The notes below the pieces were generated by a model. It had not been told where the DNA came from. It made no database searches and saw only the letters and a list, made by a program, of their open reading frames with translations. From an uncultured Verrucomicrobiae bacterium (GTDB lineage: Bacteria > Verrucomicrobiota > Verrucomicrobiia > Chthoniobacterales > UBA10450), in contig CAWDGJ010000003.1 in the NCBI GenBank assembly GCA_963801815.1, forward strand, positions 768,001 through 832,000: a DNA stretch of 64,000 nucleotides. The letters run 5' to 3'. Positions 1 through 10,267 of this stretch are shown here, piece after piece. The number at the start of each line of letters is the position of its first letter. Positions within the stretch are counted from its first letter, which is position 1. The position numbers and the translations under genes were made by a program.

Positions 1-434
1 TCGAATTTCCGTCTAATCTCGGCGCGAGTCATTCCAAGGATTGCGCCGTTGAGGAAAATGTTTTCGCGACCGGTTAGTTCCGGATGAAATCCGGTGCCGA
101 CTTCGAGGAGCGCGCCGATGCGACCGTAGATGTCGACTCCACCCGTTGTCGGTTCGGTGATGCGGTTGAGGATTTTCAACAGCGTGCTCTTACCCGCGCC
201 GTTACTTCCGATAATGCCGAGCACCTCACTCTTCTTGATATCGAGCGAAATGTTTTTGAGCGCCCAAAATGTTTCGTGGGTGGGCTTCCCATTGCGACTC
301 AGCCGGTTGATCAGGCGCCGGGGCAGATTGATGAGCTCGTCGTGCAATGTTTTATAGCCGGGCCGGCCGGTGCGTTGATGCTCGATCCGGAAGGACTTGC
401 TCAGGTCCTGAATGGAAAGGGCGATGTCGGACAT
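1..434 (-). CDS. Polysaccharide ABC exporter ATP-binding subunit (Wzt-like), runs off the window
   Basis: Not in ORF track. Manual translation from ATG 434: MSDIAFSIQDLSKSF...FWALKNISLDI...GSNGAGKSTLLKI...LLEVGTGFHPELTGRENI (Walker A plus Wzt signature). Confidence 0.93.
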   Translation of the reverse strand, partial: MSDIALSIQDLSKSFRIEHQRTGRPGYKTLHDELINLPRRLINRLSRNGKPTHETFWALKNISLDIKKSEVLGIIGSNGAGKSTLLKILNRITEPTTGGVDIYGRIGALLEVGTGFHPELTGRENIFLNGAILGMTRAEIRRKF

Positions 435-449
435 GGTCGTTCCCGAGAA

Positions 450-1355
450 TTAAATGATGTCGGCAAAGTCGCGCTCGACGCGACGAAAGAAAAACGCGCC
501 GCTGAGCAGCACAAAGACTGACATTCCGATCGTGATCCACAACATTGTGGGAGTGAGCGCGCTGCGACCGAGCACACACCAGCGAAAGCCTTCGACAAAT
601 CCAACGACGGGATTGAGCGCAAACAACGACCGTCGCAAGTCCGACGTAATCATCGTTGTGGGATAAACCACGGCGCTGGCGTACATCCAAATCTGGAGAA
701 AGAGAGGCAACGCGTAATTGGTGTCGCGGTATTTCACGCTGAGCGCCGAGAACCAGAGGGCAACGCCGGTAGCAGTGATGGCGGTAAGAAGTAAAAATCC
801 CGGGATCGCCAGCAGTCGCACGGTTGGCGCGATATGGTAAAAAGCCATCATCGCGAATAGCATGACCAGCATGATGACAAAGTCGACCAACGTCGAAAAC
901 GTGTGCGAAAGCGGAATCAACATCCGCGGGAAATAAACTTTCGAGACGAGCTGAGCGTTGTTAATCAAACTTGTGCTGCTGCGTTGCGCGGTCTGCGAGA
1001 AATCGTACCACGCCGTCCAGCCGCAAAAAACGAACAAGAAATACGGCGCGCCGTCGCTTGGAAGTTTGGCGACCCGGCCAAAAACAATCCCAAGAACGAT
1101 CGCGGCAATCAGCGGCTGCAGGGCAACCCAGGTGATGCCAAGCGCGGTCTGCTTGTAAATCACCTTGATGTTGCGTTCGACAAGGATCCAAAGCAGATCG
1201 CGATAGCTCCAGAGCTCGCGCAAGTTCAGCGCGGCCCATCCCGTGGTCCGACGAATTCGCAGGGTGGGCTCTTCGCTTCGAGCGGCCGCGAGCCCCGACG
1301 TTTGAAGTGCATCCGGATCAGTGACAGCGATGGACGTTTCCGTATTCAAAACCAT
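450..1355 (-). CDS. Polysaccharide ABC-2 permease (Wzm-like)
   Basis: ELWSYRDLL...YKQTALG..W..LQP, KVYFPR, LNP motifs; about 6 TM; directly upstream of wzt; ATG 1355 chosen as start. Confidence 0.93.
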   Translation of the reverse strand: MVLNTETSIAVTDPDALQTSGLAAARSEEPTLRIRRTTGWAALNLRELWSYRDLLWILVERNIKVIYKQTALGITWVALQPLIAAIVLGIVFGRVAKLPSDGAPYFLFVFCGWTAWYDFSQTAQRSSTSLINNAQLVSKVYFPRMLIPLSHTFSTLVDFVIMLVMLFAMMAFYHIAPTVRLLAIPGFLLLTAITATGVALWFSALSVKYRDTNYALPLFLQIWMYASAVVYPTTMITSDLRRSLFALNPVVGFVEGFRWCVLGRSALTPTMLWITIGMSVFVLLSGAFFFRRVERDFADII

Positions 1356-1469
1356 CAATTTTAAGATAGGCCTACCCCGGCGCAAGTGAACGAGGCACCT
1401 GGCAGCGCCATGCGGCGAAGTTGTGACGTACTATTAAGAGCCAAGTGCGCCTGTAGTTGAATACCGGGG

Positions 1470-2859
1470 TTAGAACGAGAGGTAATCGTATTTGGGCAGG
1501 AAAATGCCATTTCCGGTTTGTCTATTTTGTCGATAGGAGGATGGATCGTTTTGCAAATCGCTCTTCAGCCGGCCTAAATCGGCGGACGAACCAATTTCAA
1601 GACCTTCCAGCCTCGCCAGACCGGCTTTCCGCCTCTGCTCTGGAATCGTGACTGGGTGCTCCAACAAATCGAACAGGAATTCGCCGTCTCTCAGTATTGT
1701 GACGGCACAATTTTGACGGAGAGACTCAGCGACATAGTAGGAGCGTTGAATGCCGCCACCAATTCCAATCACGAGGCCTAAAATCATTCCCACTATGACC
1801 GCCTTGCGCTGAAATTCTCGCATGCCAGTTCCGGTTTGAATCTGAGTGTAGACGTAGCCAATTGCGATTGAGATCGCGGTCATGAAAGTCAGCGTCGGTA
1901 ACGCGATCCCGAATGGCCTGCCAATTCCCAGCGCGGGCAGGCAGAGGAGAGCGCCCAGGGAACAAGCGCCCAAGAATTGCCAACCGACGCGCGGACGGGC
2001 GAGCTTTACGAACATCGAAACAAGTCCAACCACAAAGATGATCCACGACACTCCGAACAGGGTGTCGGCAGTTCCCACCATTTTGATGCCGCCCGGCATC
2101 GAGGAGGCGCCAATCGCGGTGACCAGTCTTTTTACTGCACCAAAATTGAACTTAGGCGAGAGCGCGTTGGGGACCAGAAGGTGCCACAACAGGTAATGGA
2201 GTGAGACGATTGCTAACAGACTCAATGCCGCGATCGCAACTCTGCGGCATTGGTTGCGATCAAAGGAAGAGATTAGCCAAAGAACCGGCAGAACTACCGG
2301 AAGGGTATAGGCTTCTTCGCGGGTAAGCGTGGCCAAGGTGCAGGCCACCAACATAAGGAAGAAAAAAACTCCCCGGCCTTTCTTCGTCCAAAGAACAAAG
2401 CAGTACCGCCGTGAGGACGATCCAGATGTAGGCGAGGATCAAATGGCTAAGACTGATCCAGAGAACCAAAGAGGCGAAGATTCTGGACGAAACAAATAAC
2501 CCAAAGACTACCACGAGTTGCGTAAAGCTGAGTCCGACCTCGAGTAACAGCATGCCGGCCGTGATCATGAATATGCCGATCAAGACAACCATGAAGACGC
2601 GATGTGCGACAACGTTCTCGCCGAACACGGAGCCTTGGAAATCGTAAAGAAAGATGCTGCACGGCCGCAGACCCGGGGTTTCGATTTTGTCCGGATCGGG
2701 TTCGGCATGAAAAGCGGACCGAATTTCCACGGCGCTGTATGGCCGGATTAAATGAAAGTCGTCCCAAAAAAACGGATATCGAAATGTGGATGCGAAAAGA
2801 GCGGACCAAATCAGCAGAAGCAATCCGACCAGGGCAGATACTTTGCCGATTCTTTGCAT
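1470..2859 (-). pseudogene. Multi-TM GT-C-fold glycosyltransferase-like gene split by an apparent +1 frameshift (possibly a sequencing error)
   Basis: ORFs 2260-2859 and 1470-2354 join if one base is removed near 2406. First loop has FFWDD...RP, typical of GT-C enzymes; TREE motif follows the junction. Confidence 0.65.
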
Positions 2860-2925
2860 TAATATCGTTTGGATTTCTCGCGTTTGCTGTGGCTCAGCGA
2901 ATGATCGAGTCGACTGGGTTGCCTC

Positions 2926-4185
2926 TCACTGCACTCGTGGCTTTGGCAACGGAATAATGTAGCGACCCTTGTAGCCTCGTGCAGTCAGTTTTGGGATGAG
3001 TTCGTCGGCGATGTGCCAGGATAATAACAGGGCGTATTCGGGCTGGTCCGCAAATAGCCGCTCCTCTTCCACAACGGGAATCGTTGTCCCGGGAACATAT
3101 TTTCCAATTTTGTAAGAGCCCTTGATCTCCAGTACACATTCCAGGATGCCATTATCCAAGCCGACGTAATTAATCAGGGTACTGGCACGTGACGGAGCAC
3201 CGACACCATAAATGCGAGTTCCGGCCCCTTTGATCTCCTTGATCAACGCGAGCAGGTCGAGTTTGGTCTGCGTGACCGCGCGCGCGAACTCGGCCAGAGT
3301 CTGTTTTGTAATGCTTCGCTTTTCGAGCTCGAGTAACTGATTCACAGCGGGGTCTACCGGATACTTACCTTTCTTCGCCGAATAGACGCGGATCGATCCG
3401 CCATGAGTTGGAATGCGGCGCGCGTAAATGATTTCGAATCCGTGCATTTCGAGCAAATACTTCAACGCTGTGAGTGAGTAGTAACGCAGATGCTCGTGAT
3501 AGATCGTGTCGTATTGAAGCGTTTCGATCAAAGCCAGCAGGTAGTGTGATTCCGAGATAAAGATGCCGTCGCCGGAGAGAAGCCCATCAATACAGTCCAC
3601 GATCTCGTGAATGTCTTCGATGTGGGCAAAGACATTCGTAGCGGTGACGATTTTCGCTTTTCCATGCGCTGTCACCGCCTTTTCCACCGCGTCGCAATTG
3701 AAAAAAGAAGTCAAAGTCGGGATGCCGCGTTGGGCCGCGAGTTTCCCCGCGTTGGTCGGTTCGATTCCGAAAACTCGCGCGTGCTGAGTGAAATTGCTCA
3801 AGAGCGTTCCGTCGTTGGAACCGATATCGACGATGAGCTCGGATTTCTTCAACGGATAACGCTCTGCGATCTCTTTGGATAACTGGGCGAAGTTATCGCG
3901 GAGAATCCTGGTGGTTCCGCTGGTGTAAGGATATGTGGGCGGAAAGAGAATCGCCGGGTCGACGATCAGTCCAATCTGGACGAGCTGGCACTGATTGCAG
4001 TGCAGTAATTCCGCGGGATAAGCCGGCTGTTCCGCGGGGCGACTTCCAATCGGTGGCATGGTGTTGACGGGCGGGAGGTAGCCAATGAAGAGGACGCTAT
4101 CGAGGTCGGGAGAATCACAGATCTGACAGCGTTCGACTACCACGCTCGAGTTAGTCCCAGCGGCAAGTTTTCTCTGTCGAATCAT
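2926..4185 (-). CDS. NDP-sugar C-methyltransferase (Zn-binding, TylC3/EryBIII-like)
   Basis: CQIC...CNQC Zn motif, YPYTS, DIGSNDG SAM motif, IYHEHLRYYS, THGGS, LLLSWH. Confidence 0.88.
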   Translation of the reverse strand: MIRQRKLAAGTNSSVVVERCQICDSPDLDSVLFIGYLPPVNTMPPIGSRPAEQPAYPAELLHCNQCQLVQIGLIVDPAILFPPTYPYTSGTTRILRDNFAQLSKEIAERYPLKKSELIVDIGSNDGTLLSNFTQHARVFGIEPTNAGKLAAQRGIPTLTSFFNCDAVEKAVTAHGKAKIVTATNVFAHIEDIHEIVDCIDGLLSGDGIFISESHYLLALIETLQYDTIYHEHLRYYSLTALKYLLEMHGFEIIYARRIPTHGGSIRVYSAKKGKYPVDPAVNQLLELEKRSITKQTLAEFARAVTQTKLDLLALIKEIKGAGTRIYGVGAPSRASTLINYVGLDNGILECVLEIKGSYKIGKYVPGTTIPVVEEERLFADQPEYALLLSWHIADELIPKLTARGYKGRYIIPLPKPRVQ

Positions 4186-5201
4186 TGATTGTTCCCGCTC
4201 GAAGGTTTTCGATGCGCGTTGGCATCATACCATTGCACCGTCGGCGCCAGTCCATCCCGGAGAGTTGTTCGTGGCTCGAATCCCAATCCGCGCAGCTTGG
4301 AAATATCGGGACAACGCCGGCCCGGACTGCCACGACGCAATTCACCGGGCGCGATTTCGAGATTCAGGCCGAAATACCGGCTGATCTCGTGAGCCAACTG
4401 CGCGATGGAGATCTCGTGATCATTGCCGACGTGATAGACACCGAGGTGCTCGCCCTGTTCCATAACGCGAAGGGCGCCGTCGATTGCGTCATCGATATAG
4501 ATGAAAGCGCGGGTCTCCTCTCCAGTGCCCTGAATCTCAAACGGGGTAGGGCGTTTGTTGTCTCTGGGCAGTTTGCGCATTCGCAGTGTGAATTCAGGGA
4601 TGACATGTTCCCATCCCATGTCCGGGCCGTAAACATTGTGAGGCCGGAGAACCACCACGCGCTGAAAATGCTTGCGGCCAAAATTTAGCGTGAGCAATTC
4701 GCTGATAATCTTGCCTCCACTGTAGGAGTAACGCGGATTCAAGACATCTGGGACGATGAGCGGAGCAGTTTCGTCTGTCGGCACCTTGGCCGGCGCGTAG
4801 TAAACTTCGGAGCTGGAAAACAGGACCAGCTCGGGCACTTCATGCGTAAGACACGCATCGAGCACGTTCACCATCCCTTTGACCGCGACTTCCAGAACCG
4901 TCTCCGGTTTGGTGTAGAAGAATTCCGTGCCGTTGATGTAAGCGAGGTGACAAACGGCATCGACGCCACGCGCCGCCTTGTTGACAGCATCACTGTCGCG
5001 AATGTCACCGAGAATCAGATCCACCTTGCGCGCTTCCTGGCCGAGCTTCTCTTCAGAGCCACGCGAATTGTTGTCGAACACACGGACACGCGCTCCTGCC
5101 GTCAACAAAGCTTTCACCAATGCGGCCCCAATGAAACCAGTGCCGCCAGTGACGAGATAGTGCTTACCGGAAAGCCGGGACTCTTTTGTCGAATTCGTCA
5201 T
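4182..5201 (-). CDS. NAD-dependent epimerase/dehydratase (extended SDR)
   Basis: VTGGTGFIG, SSSEVY, YSGGK (YxxxK), HNVYGP. Confidence 0.93.
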   Translation of the reverse strand: MTNSTKESRLSGKHYLVTGGTGFIGAALVKALLTAGARVRVFDNNSRGSEEKLGQEARKVDLILGDIRDSDAVNKAARGVDAVCHLAYINGTEFFYTKPETVLEVAVKGMVNVLDACLTHEVPELVLFSSSEVYYAPAKVPTDETAPLIVPDVLNPRYSYSGGKIISELLTLNFGRKHFQRVVVLRPHNVYGPDMGWEHVIPEFTLRMRKLPRDNKRPTPFEIQGTGEETRAFIYIDDAIDGALRVMEQGEHLGVYHVGNDHEISIAQLAHEISRYFGLNLEIAPGELRRGSPGRRCPDISKLRGLGFEPRTTLRDGLAPTVQWYDANAHRKPSSGNNQ

Positions 5202-6066
5202 TTGAAAAACGCGCGGCTCTTCTAATCAACGGAGCTTTCGAGCTCCGGTTCGCTTGACGCCTCGATGAAATTTTGGAATCCGGACCGTGGTCACACTGCG
5301 CGGCACGTTGCGATTCTTGCGCATTCCCCAGACAAACCACTGCGAGTATTCCCTGACCCAGGGACCGAGATGAAAATTCGATTCGCCGCCGTACCAAGCG
5401 ATCGATCGAGATAATTGGGACTTCGCCTAATCGCAAACCGGCGTGATGCGCTTTGATCGCCATTTCGAATGCGACTGTCCAACCAACCGGCCGGCTTTCC
5501 AGATTGAGCGAGGGAAAGATTTCTTTGCGGAACATCTTGATGCCGGTCGTGGCGTCGGTGAAAGGCGAACCAGCCACTCGATGGAACAACCAGTTGGCCC
5601 AGTAGGAGAGGAAAGCGCCAACGAGCGAGCCTCCCAGCCGGCGGCCGCCATGAGCATAACGAGTGCAACTGACGAAATCGCATCCCTCCTGAATCAGCGC
5701 GATCATGTCTTCAATCGCCAACACCGGACCGACTTCATCAGCGGCGAAAATTAGAATCACATCGCCTTGCGATGAAGCAACGCCGGAGCGGATGGCGTTC
5801 ACAACGCCGTTGCCGAGGGTGTTCTGAACACCGCGCAGCTCCGGATAATTTTGGCGAACTTCCTCGACAATGGGAATGCTGTCATCACCGGCGGAGTCGT
5901 AAACAACCAGGACCTCGTGGGGCAGATCAACTACCGCTCGCAAAATTTTAAGCATGATCCGGAGGTTGATGCCCTCATTGCGCACCGGCAGGAGGATCGA
6001 CAGCATTTCACAGCGATTTGCTGCCGTTTTCGTCTCAATTGGTGCAGTGGCCACAGTGCTGGTCAT
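5164..6066 (-). CDS. GT2 glycosyltransferase, polyprenol-phosphate glycosyltransferase-like; apparent +1 frameshift near 5394 (corrected end 5226)
   Basis: SILLPVRNEG, AADE, FTDATTGIKMFR, EVPI; ATGA overlap with the DegT stop; the corrected frame gives IDRLYGGESNF. Confidence 0.85.
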   Translation of the reverse strand: MTSTVATAPIETKTAANRCEMLSILLPVRNEGINLRIMLKILRAVVDLPHEVLVVYDSAGDDSIPIVEEVRQNYPELRGVQNTLGNGVVNAIRSGVASSQGDVILIFAADEVGPVLAIEDMIALIQEGCDFVSCTRYAHGGRRLGGSLVGAFLSYWANWLFHRVAGSPFTDATTGIKMFRKEIFPSLNLESRPVGWTVAFEMAIKAHHAGLRLGEVPIISIDRLVRRRIEFSSRSLGQGILAVVCLGNAQESQRAAQCDHGPDSKISSRRQANRSSKAPLIRRAARFSNDEFDKRVPAFR

Positions 6067-7160
6067 TCGTTGTAAAACTTTTTGATCAACCGGCAAACGT
6101 TGCGCACATCATCATCGGTCATCTGAAAAGCAGACGGGAGCCAAATCGCCTGTTTACCAATCTTGGCGCTGACCGGAAAATGTTTCTCGTCACGCAGATA
6201 AGGTTTCTGGGTGTGCAAAGGAAACCAGAACCGCCGGCAACCGGCGCCGTTTTTAGCCAGGAAATTATCGAGCTCATCGCGACGCTCGGCTAAAGCGTCG
6301 ACCCACTGCGGTTGCTCACCGGCTTCGATGTTAAACGCAAGAACACGAATGCCTTTGGTTCCGGCGAGTCCTTCGCGGTAAATGGAATAGGTGCGCCGGA
6401 CCCGGTCCATTCGCGGTTCAAGACTTCCCAGCTGACCCAGGCCGACGGCCGCTTGAAGGTTCGTGAGTTTGAAATTGAACCCAATCGATTCGTGCACATC
6501 GGCCCCTCCGGTGCCGCGAACGGGTCTGCCCTGGTCTTTCAATTCGCGAAGTCGGTGAAAAATCGCTTCGTCATTCGTTACAATCACGCCGCCTTGTCCG
6601 GTAGTGATCATTTTATTCGGGGAAAATGAAAAACAGCCGGTCCGGCCAAATGTTCCGAGGCAGCGATTTTTAAATCGAGAACAAAATGCTTCCGCTGCGT
6701 CCTCGACAACCGCAAGACCGCGGGCATGGGCGAGGTTGACAATTTTTTCGATGTTCGCGGCGCGGCCGCTGACGTGGACCGGCACAACTGCTTTTGTTCT
6801 GGACGTTATCGCAGCCTCCATCGCCTTCACGCTGAGGTTCAACGTATCGGCATCGACGTCGGCGAATACCGGAGTTGCTCCAGTCATCGAAACTGCGTTG
6901 GCGGTCGCAATAAAACTGATGTCCGGAACAATCACTTCATCGCCATGACCAATGTCGAGCGACATGAGTGACAGGTAAATGGCCGCAGTGCCGCTGGTAA
7001 CGCCGATTCCAAATTTTGCGCCGGTAAGTTTTGCGATCGTTTGCGCGAACTGGTCTGTGACTTCACCGTCATTAAGAAAATTGCTATCGATGACTTTCTT
7101 AAGCAGCGGTAATTCGTTGCCGGTCATCTCGGGTGACCACCAGGAGATGGACCGCCCCAT
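6063..7160 (-). CDS. DegT/DnrJ/EryC1/StrS PLP sugar aminotransferase
   Basis: SGTAA, EDAAEA, FSFSPNKMITTGQGG (PLP lysine), GFNFKL. Confidence 0.95.
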   Translation of the reverse strand: MGRSISWWSPEMTGNELPLLKKVIDSNFLNDGEVTDQFAQTIAKLTGAKFGIGVTSGTAAIYLSLMSLDIGHGDEVIVPDISFIATANAVSMTGATPVFADVDADTLNLSVKAMEAAITSRTKAVVPVHVSGRAANIEKIVNLAHARGLAVVEDAAEAFCSRFKNRCLGTFGRTGCFSFSPNKMITTGQGGVIVTNDEAIFHRLRELKDQGRPVRGTGGADVHESIGFNFKLTNLQAAVGLGQLGSLEPRMDRVRRTYSIYREGLAGTKGIRVLAFNIEAGEQPQWVDALAERRDELDNFLAKNGAGCRRFWFPLHTQKPYLRDEKHFPVSAKIGKQAIWLPSAFQMTDDDVRNVCRLIKKFYNE

Positions 7161-7161
7161 A

Positions 7162-7962
7162 TCAATCCACCCTGCGCAGCACAAATCCCTGGATCGGACC
7201 GAATGAGTCTCCTTTGTTCACCGCAATTTTGACTCGATCCCCCATCAATTCGTAGAGCCGGCGCGCGGCGGCATCGGCGGCATCAAAAATATCGTCTTTA
7301 ACAGCTGTGCGGCCGAAACCTTCAAATTTCGCGAACATGTTTACGAATACGCGCGTGAGCAAATAATAAAGGTTAAAGGTATGCGTTTTTTCTACGCTAA
7401 ACTTTCCTTTGAGGAACTCCATCAACTGATCGTAGTGGAGAAAGTAGTTGTGCCAGTCATGCAATGGCACGTTCTTCAATCCCACGGCGCGTCGCACCTC
7501 ATTCATCGCTTCGAAGCCTTCGAAAGTATTTTCGATCATGATGTACCGGCCACCATGCCGCAAAGTGCTCCGAATATTTTGCAGCACCTGCTTCTGCTCC
7601 TCCCAGGTCATGAAATTGATTACGACCCGTTGCGAAACAACCAGGTCAAACTTGTTGGCGTAGCCTGATAAGTCCAAAGCGTCGCCGCCGGCAAGCGTCA
7701 CATTAGTTAGGCCAGCTGCTGCGAAGCGCTGGGCCGCTTTGGCGCGCAAATGGTTTGAGTGTTCCAACGCAAGACAACTGCGCGCTTTCGCTGCGTAGTG
7801 GACAGTGGATTCGCCGTCACCGCAGCCGAAGTCAGCCATTTCATCGCTGGCCTTAATCTGTGAGAGCACGAAATCGGTTTCGAGTTTTCGCAGATTTTTG
7901 TCGAGCAGTGAAATGGTGTCGGCACTTTCCCAGTATTCGTCGATCCGACTTCGATCGCTCAT
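7162..7962 (-). CDS. Class I SAM-dependent methyltransferase
   Basis: DFGCGDG motif I, FDLVVS; ATGA overlap with the upstream gene. Confidence 0.85.
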   Translation of the reverse strand: MSDRSRIDEYWESADTISLLDKNLRKLETDFVLSQIKASDEMADFGCGDGESTVHYAAKARSCLALEHSNHLRAKAAQRFAAAGLTNVTLAGGDALDLSGYANKFDLVVSQRVVINFMTWEEQKQVLQNIRSTLRHGGRYIMIENTFEGFEAMNEVRRAVGLKNVPLHDWHNYFLHYDQLMEFLKGKFSVEKTHTFNLYYLLTRVFVNMFAKFEGFGRTAVKDDIFDAADAAARRLYELMGDRVKIAVNKGDSFGPIQGFVLRRVD

Positions 7963-9170
7963 TGGCTTGGGCCGGTGGGAATAACGTTCCACAAATCGAC
8001 CACTGTCGTTTTGACGGGAATGCGCAATTGCCGATAAGCGTTGTGCGCGGCCCCGACTATGACAATGTCACTGGACGCGACCAGTTCTTCCTTGCTGACG
8101 AACGTCGGATCTTTCGCGTATTCGTCCGAATAGAAAACCTGCGCGCCGTGGAAACGAAGAAGTTTGCCAAGCTTGTAGGAAAGCGAGTTGCGGATGTCGT
8201 CACTGTTAGCCTTAAACGCCATCCCGAGAATGCCGACGCGTTTTTCGCGCAAATCGAATCGACGCGCCAATTGTTCGACGATGAAGTTTGGCAGCCCTTC
8301 GTTGATGGTCGTGGCCATCTGGCCAAGAACGAAATTGTGTTTTTGAAAGGCGAACAGTTGCATCGTGTCTTTCATTAAACATGGCCCGGCGGCAAAGCCG
8401 GGCCCCGGGATACTTCCCATTCGCGGATAACCGCGCTTCATTTTTGAGAGTAGCTCGCCGTAATCCAGTCCTGCGCTTTCGACGACCATGTAAAGCTGAT
8501 TGGTTGCGGCAAACTGCATGTAGCGAAAGGCATTGCAGACGAGCTTGGCGAACTCCGCCTCGAGTGGGCTCATTTCGACAACTTCGGGTGCTATCTTGCA
8601 AAAAAGATTTTTCGCCGCGGTCACGGCGCCGGAGGTAGTTCCGCTCACAAGCTGCGGAAGAGAGCGAATTTCCTCGATGGCTTTTCCTTGCACGACCCGC
8701 TCCGGACAAAACGCGATCCCAATTTTCATTCCGCGGCTTCGAAGGTATCCGTCGATGTATTTCGTTGTGCCCGGGGCGACGGTAGACCGAAGAATAATCG
8801 TCTGTTCGTCCCGAAGATGCGGAATCAATTCATCGAGACAGCGGGTAAGAAGCGACAGATTGGGATTGTTGAACTCATCCACCGGCGTCCCAATCGTCAA
8901 TACGATGAGTGCAGCCTGCGCGACACTTTTCGGCTGGGAGGAAAGGGTCAATCGATCGGTCTCATGCACTTTGTTCAAAAGTGCGTCGCCGCCCTCCTCG
9001 CGAAAAGGCATGGTTCCGCTGGCAATCGTTTCCAACGCCGTCTCGTTGATGTCCAGGATTGCCGTTTTAAAACCGCTGTCCGACAGGACGAGCGCCAGGG
9101 GCAGCCCAACCCGGCCTGCGCCTCCGACGACACAAACATCGTAACTCGCCATGGGGTCCTTCTGCATCAT
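7959..9170 (-). CDS. Nucleotide-sugar 6-dehydrogenase (WecC/WbpA-like)
   Basis: GGAGRVG, RSTVAPG, FCPERV, EFAKL..N, GPCLMKD, GMAFK..SDDIRNS. Confidence 0.92.
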   Translation of the reverse strand: MMQKDPMASYDVCVVGGAGRVGLPLALVLSDSGFKTAILDINETALETIASGTMPFREEGGDALLNKVHETDRLTLSSQPKSVAQAALIVLTIGTPVDEFNNPNLSLLTRCLDELIPHLRDEQTIILRSTVAPGTTKYIDGYLRSRGMKIGIAFCPERVVQGKAIEEIRSLPQLVSGTTSGAVTAAKNLFCKIAPEVVEMSPLEAEFAKLVCNAFRYMQFAATNQLYMVVESAGLDYGELLSKMKRGYPRMGSIPGPGFAAGPCLMKDTMQLFAFQKHNFVLGQMATTINEGLPNFIVEQLARRFDLREKRVGILGMAFKANSDDIRNSLSYKLGKLLRFHGAQVFYSDEYAKDPTFVSKEELVASSDIVIVGAAHNAYRQLRIPVKTTVVDLWNVIPTGPSQ

Positions 9171-9706
9171 TGCAACTTGATGTGTCCCTGGGCCACCGCC
9201 ATCAGGATAGTTGCGCGGTTCAAGGCGCTGGAAAAAGCGGGCTCGTGGACGATCAAGTCGCGCAACGACCGGTCGTAAATCGCGGGTTCAATTCCAGCCG
9301 GTGGCGCAAAGCCCTCTTGAGCCGGCGTGACTCCCGGCGCAAAGAAACACCAAAGTTTGTTGTTAAGCCGACCGGTGTCCGGAGACAGACTGCCCACCGG
9401 GACCAATTCTTTTGCGATGAATCCCGTTTCCTCGCGAAGTTCCCTGGCCGCGGCTTGCGCGGGAGTTTCGCCTTCATCGACGTGACCGCAGGGTAACTCA
9501 AGAGTCACCTGTTCGACTGCAGGACGAAACTGGCGGACCAACGGAAACGCGCCGCTGTTTGTTACCGCAAATATTGAGACGTAATCCTGGGTGCTAATTG
9601 AATAATGCAGCGCGGCATCGTCTCCAATCTTCTTGCCGATCAATTCAAACCAAGGTGTCTTAAAAACCGAACTTCTGCCGCAAATGTCCAACTTGGTTGC
9701 GTTCAT
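9167..9706 (-). CDS. Nudix hydrolase (ADP-ribose/NDP-sugar pyrophosphatase-like)
   Basis: LVRQFRP, ELPCGHVDEGETPAQAAARELREETG Nudix box. Confidence 0.9.
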   Translation of the reverse strand: MNATKLDICGRSSVFKTPWFELIGKKIGDDAALHYSISTQDYVSIFAVTNSGAFPLVRQFRPAVEQVTLELPCGHVDEGETPAQAAARELREETGFIAKELVPVGSLSPDTGRLNNKLWCFFAPGVTPAQEGFAPPAGIEPAIYDRSLRDLIVHEPAFSSALNRATILMAVAQGHIKLQ

Positions 9707-9797
9707 GCGATCAACTGAAAATGTTTGGGTGAAATCTATCCTACGCCGGCAGGGTTCGGTGCGAAATACCGGTTTCAAGGAAAAATTCCGAATTTAA

Positions 9798-10235
<438 letters not shown>

Positions 10236-10238
<3 letters not shown>

Positions 10239-10263
10239 AAAACTGAAAACTGAAACGCTGAAA
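10236..10263. repeat. Short-period (7-8 nt) CTGAAA tandem repeat; similar copy at 61160-61184
   Basis: tgaaaaactgaaaactgaaacgctgaaa versus gaaacgctgaaaactgaaatctgaaa. Confidence 0.7.
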
Positions 10264-10267
10264 TGAG

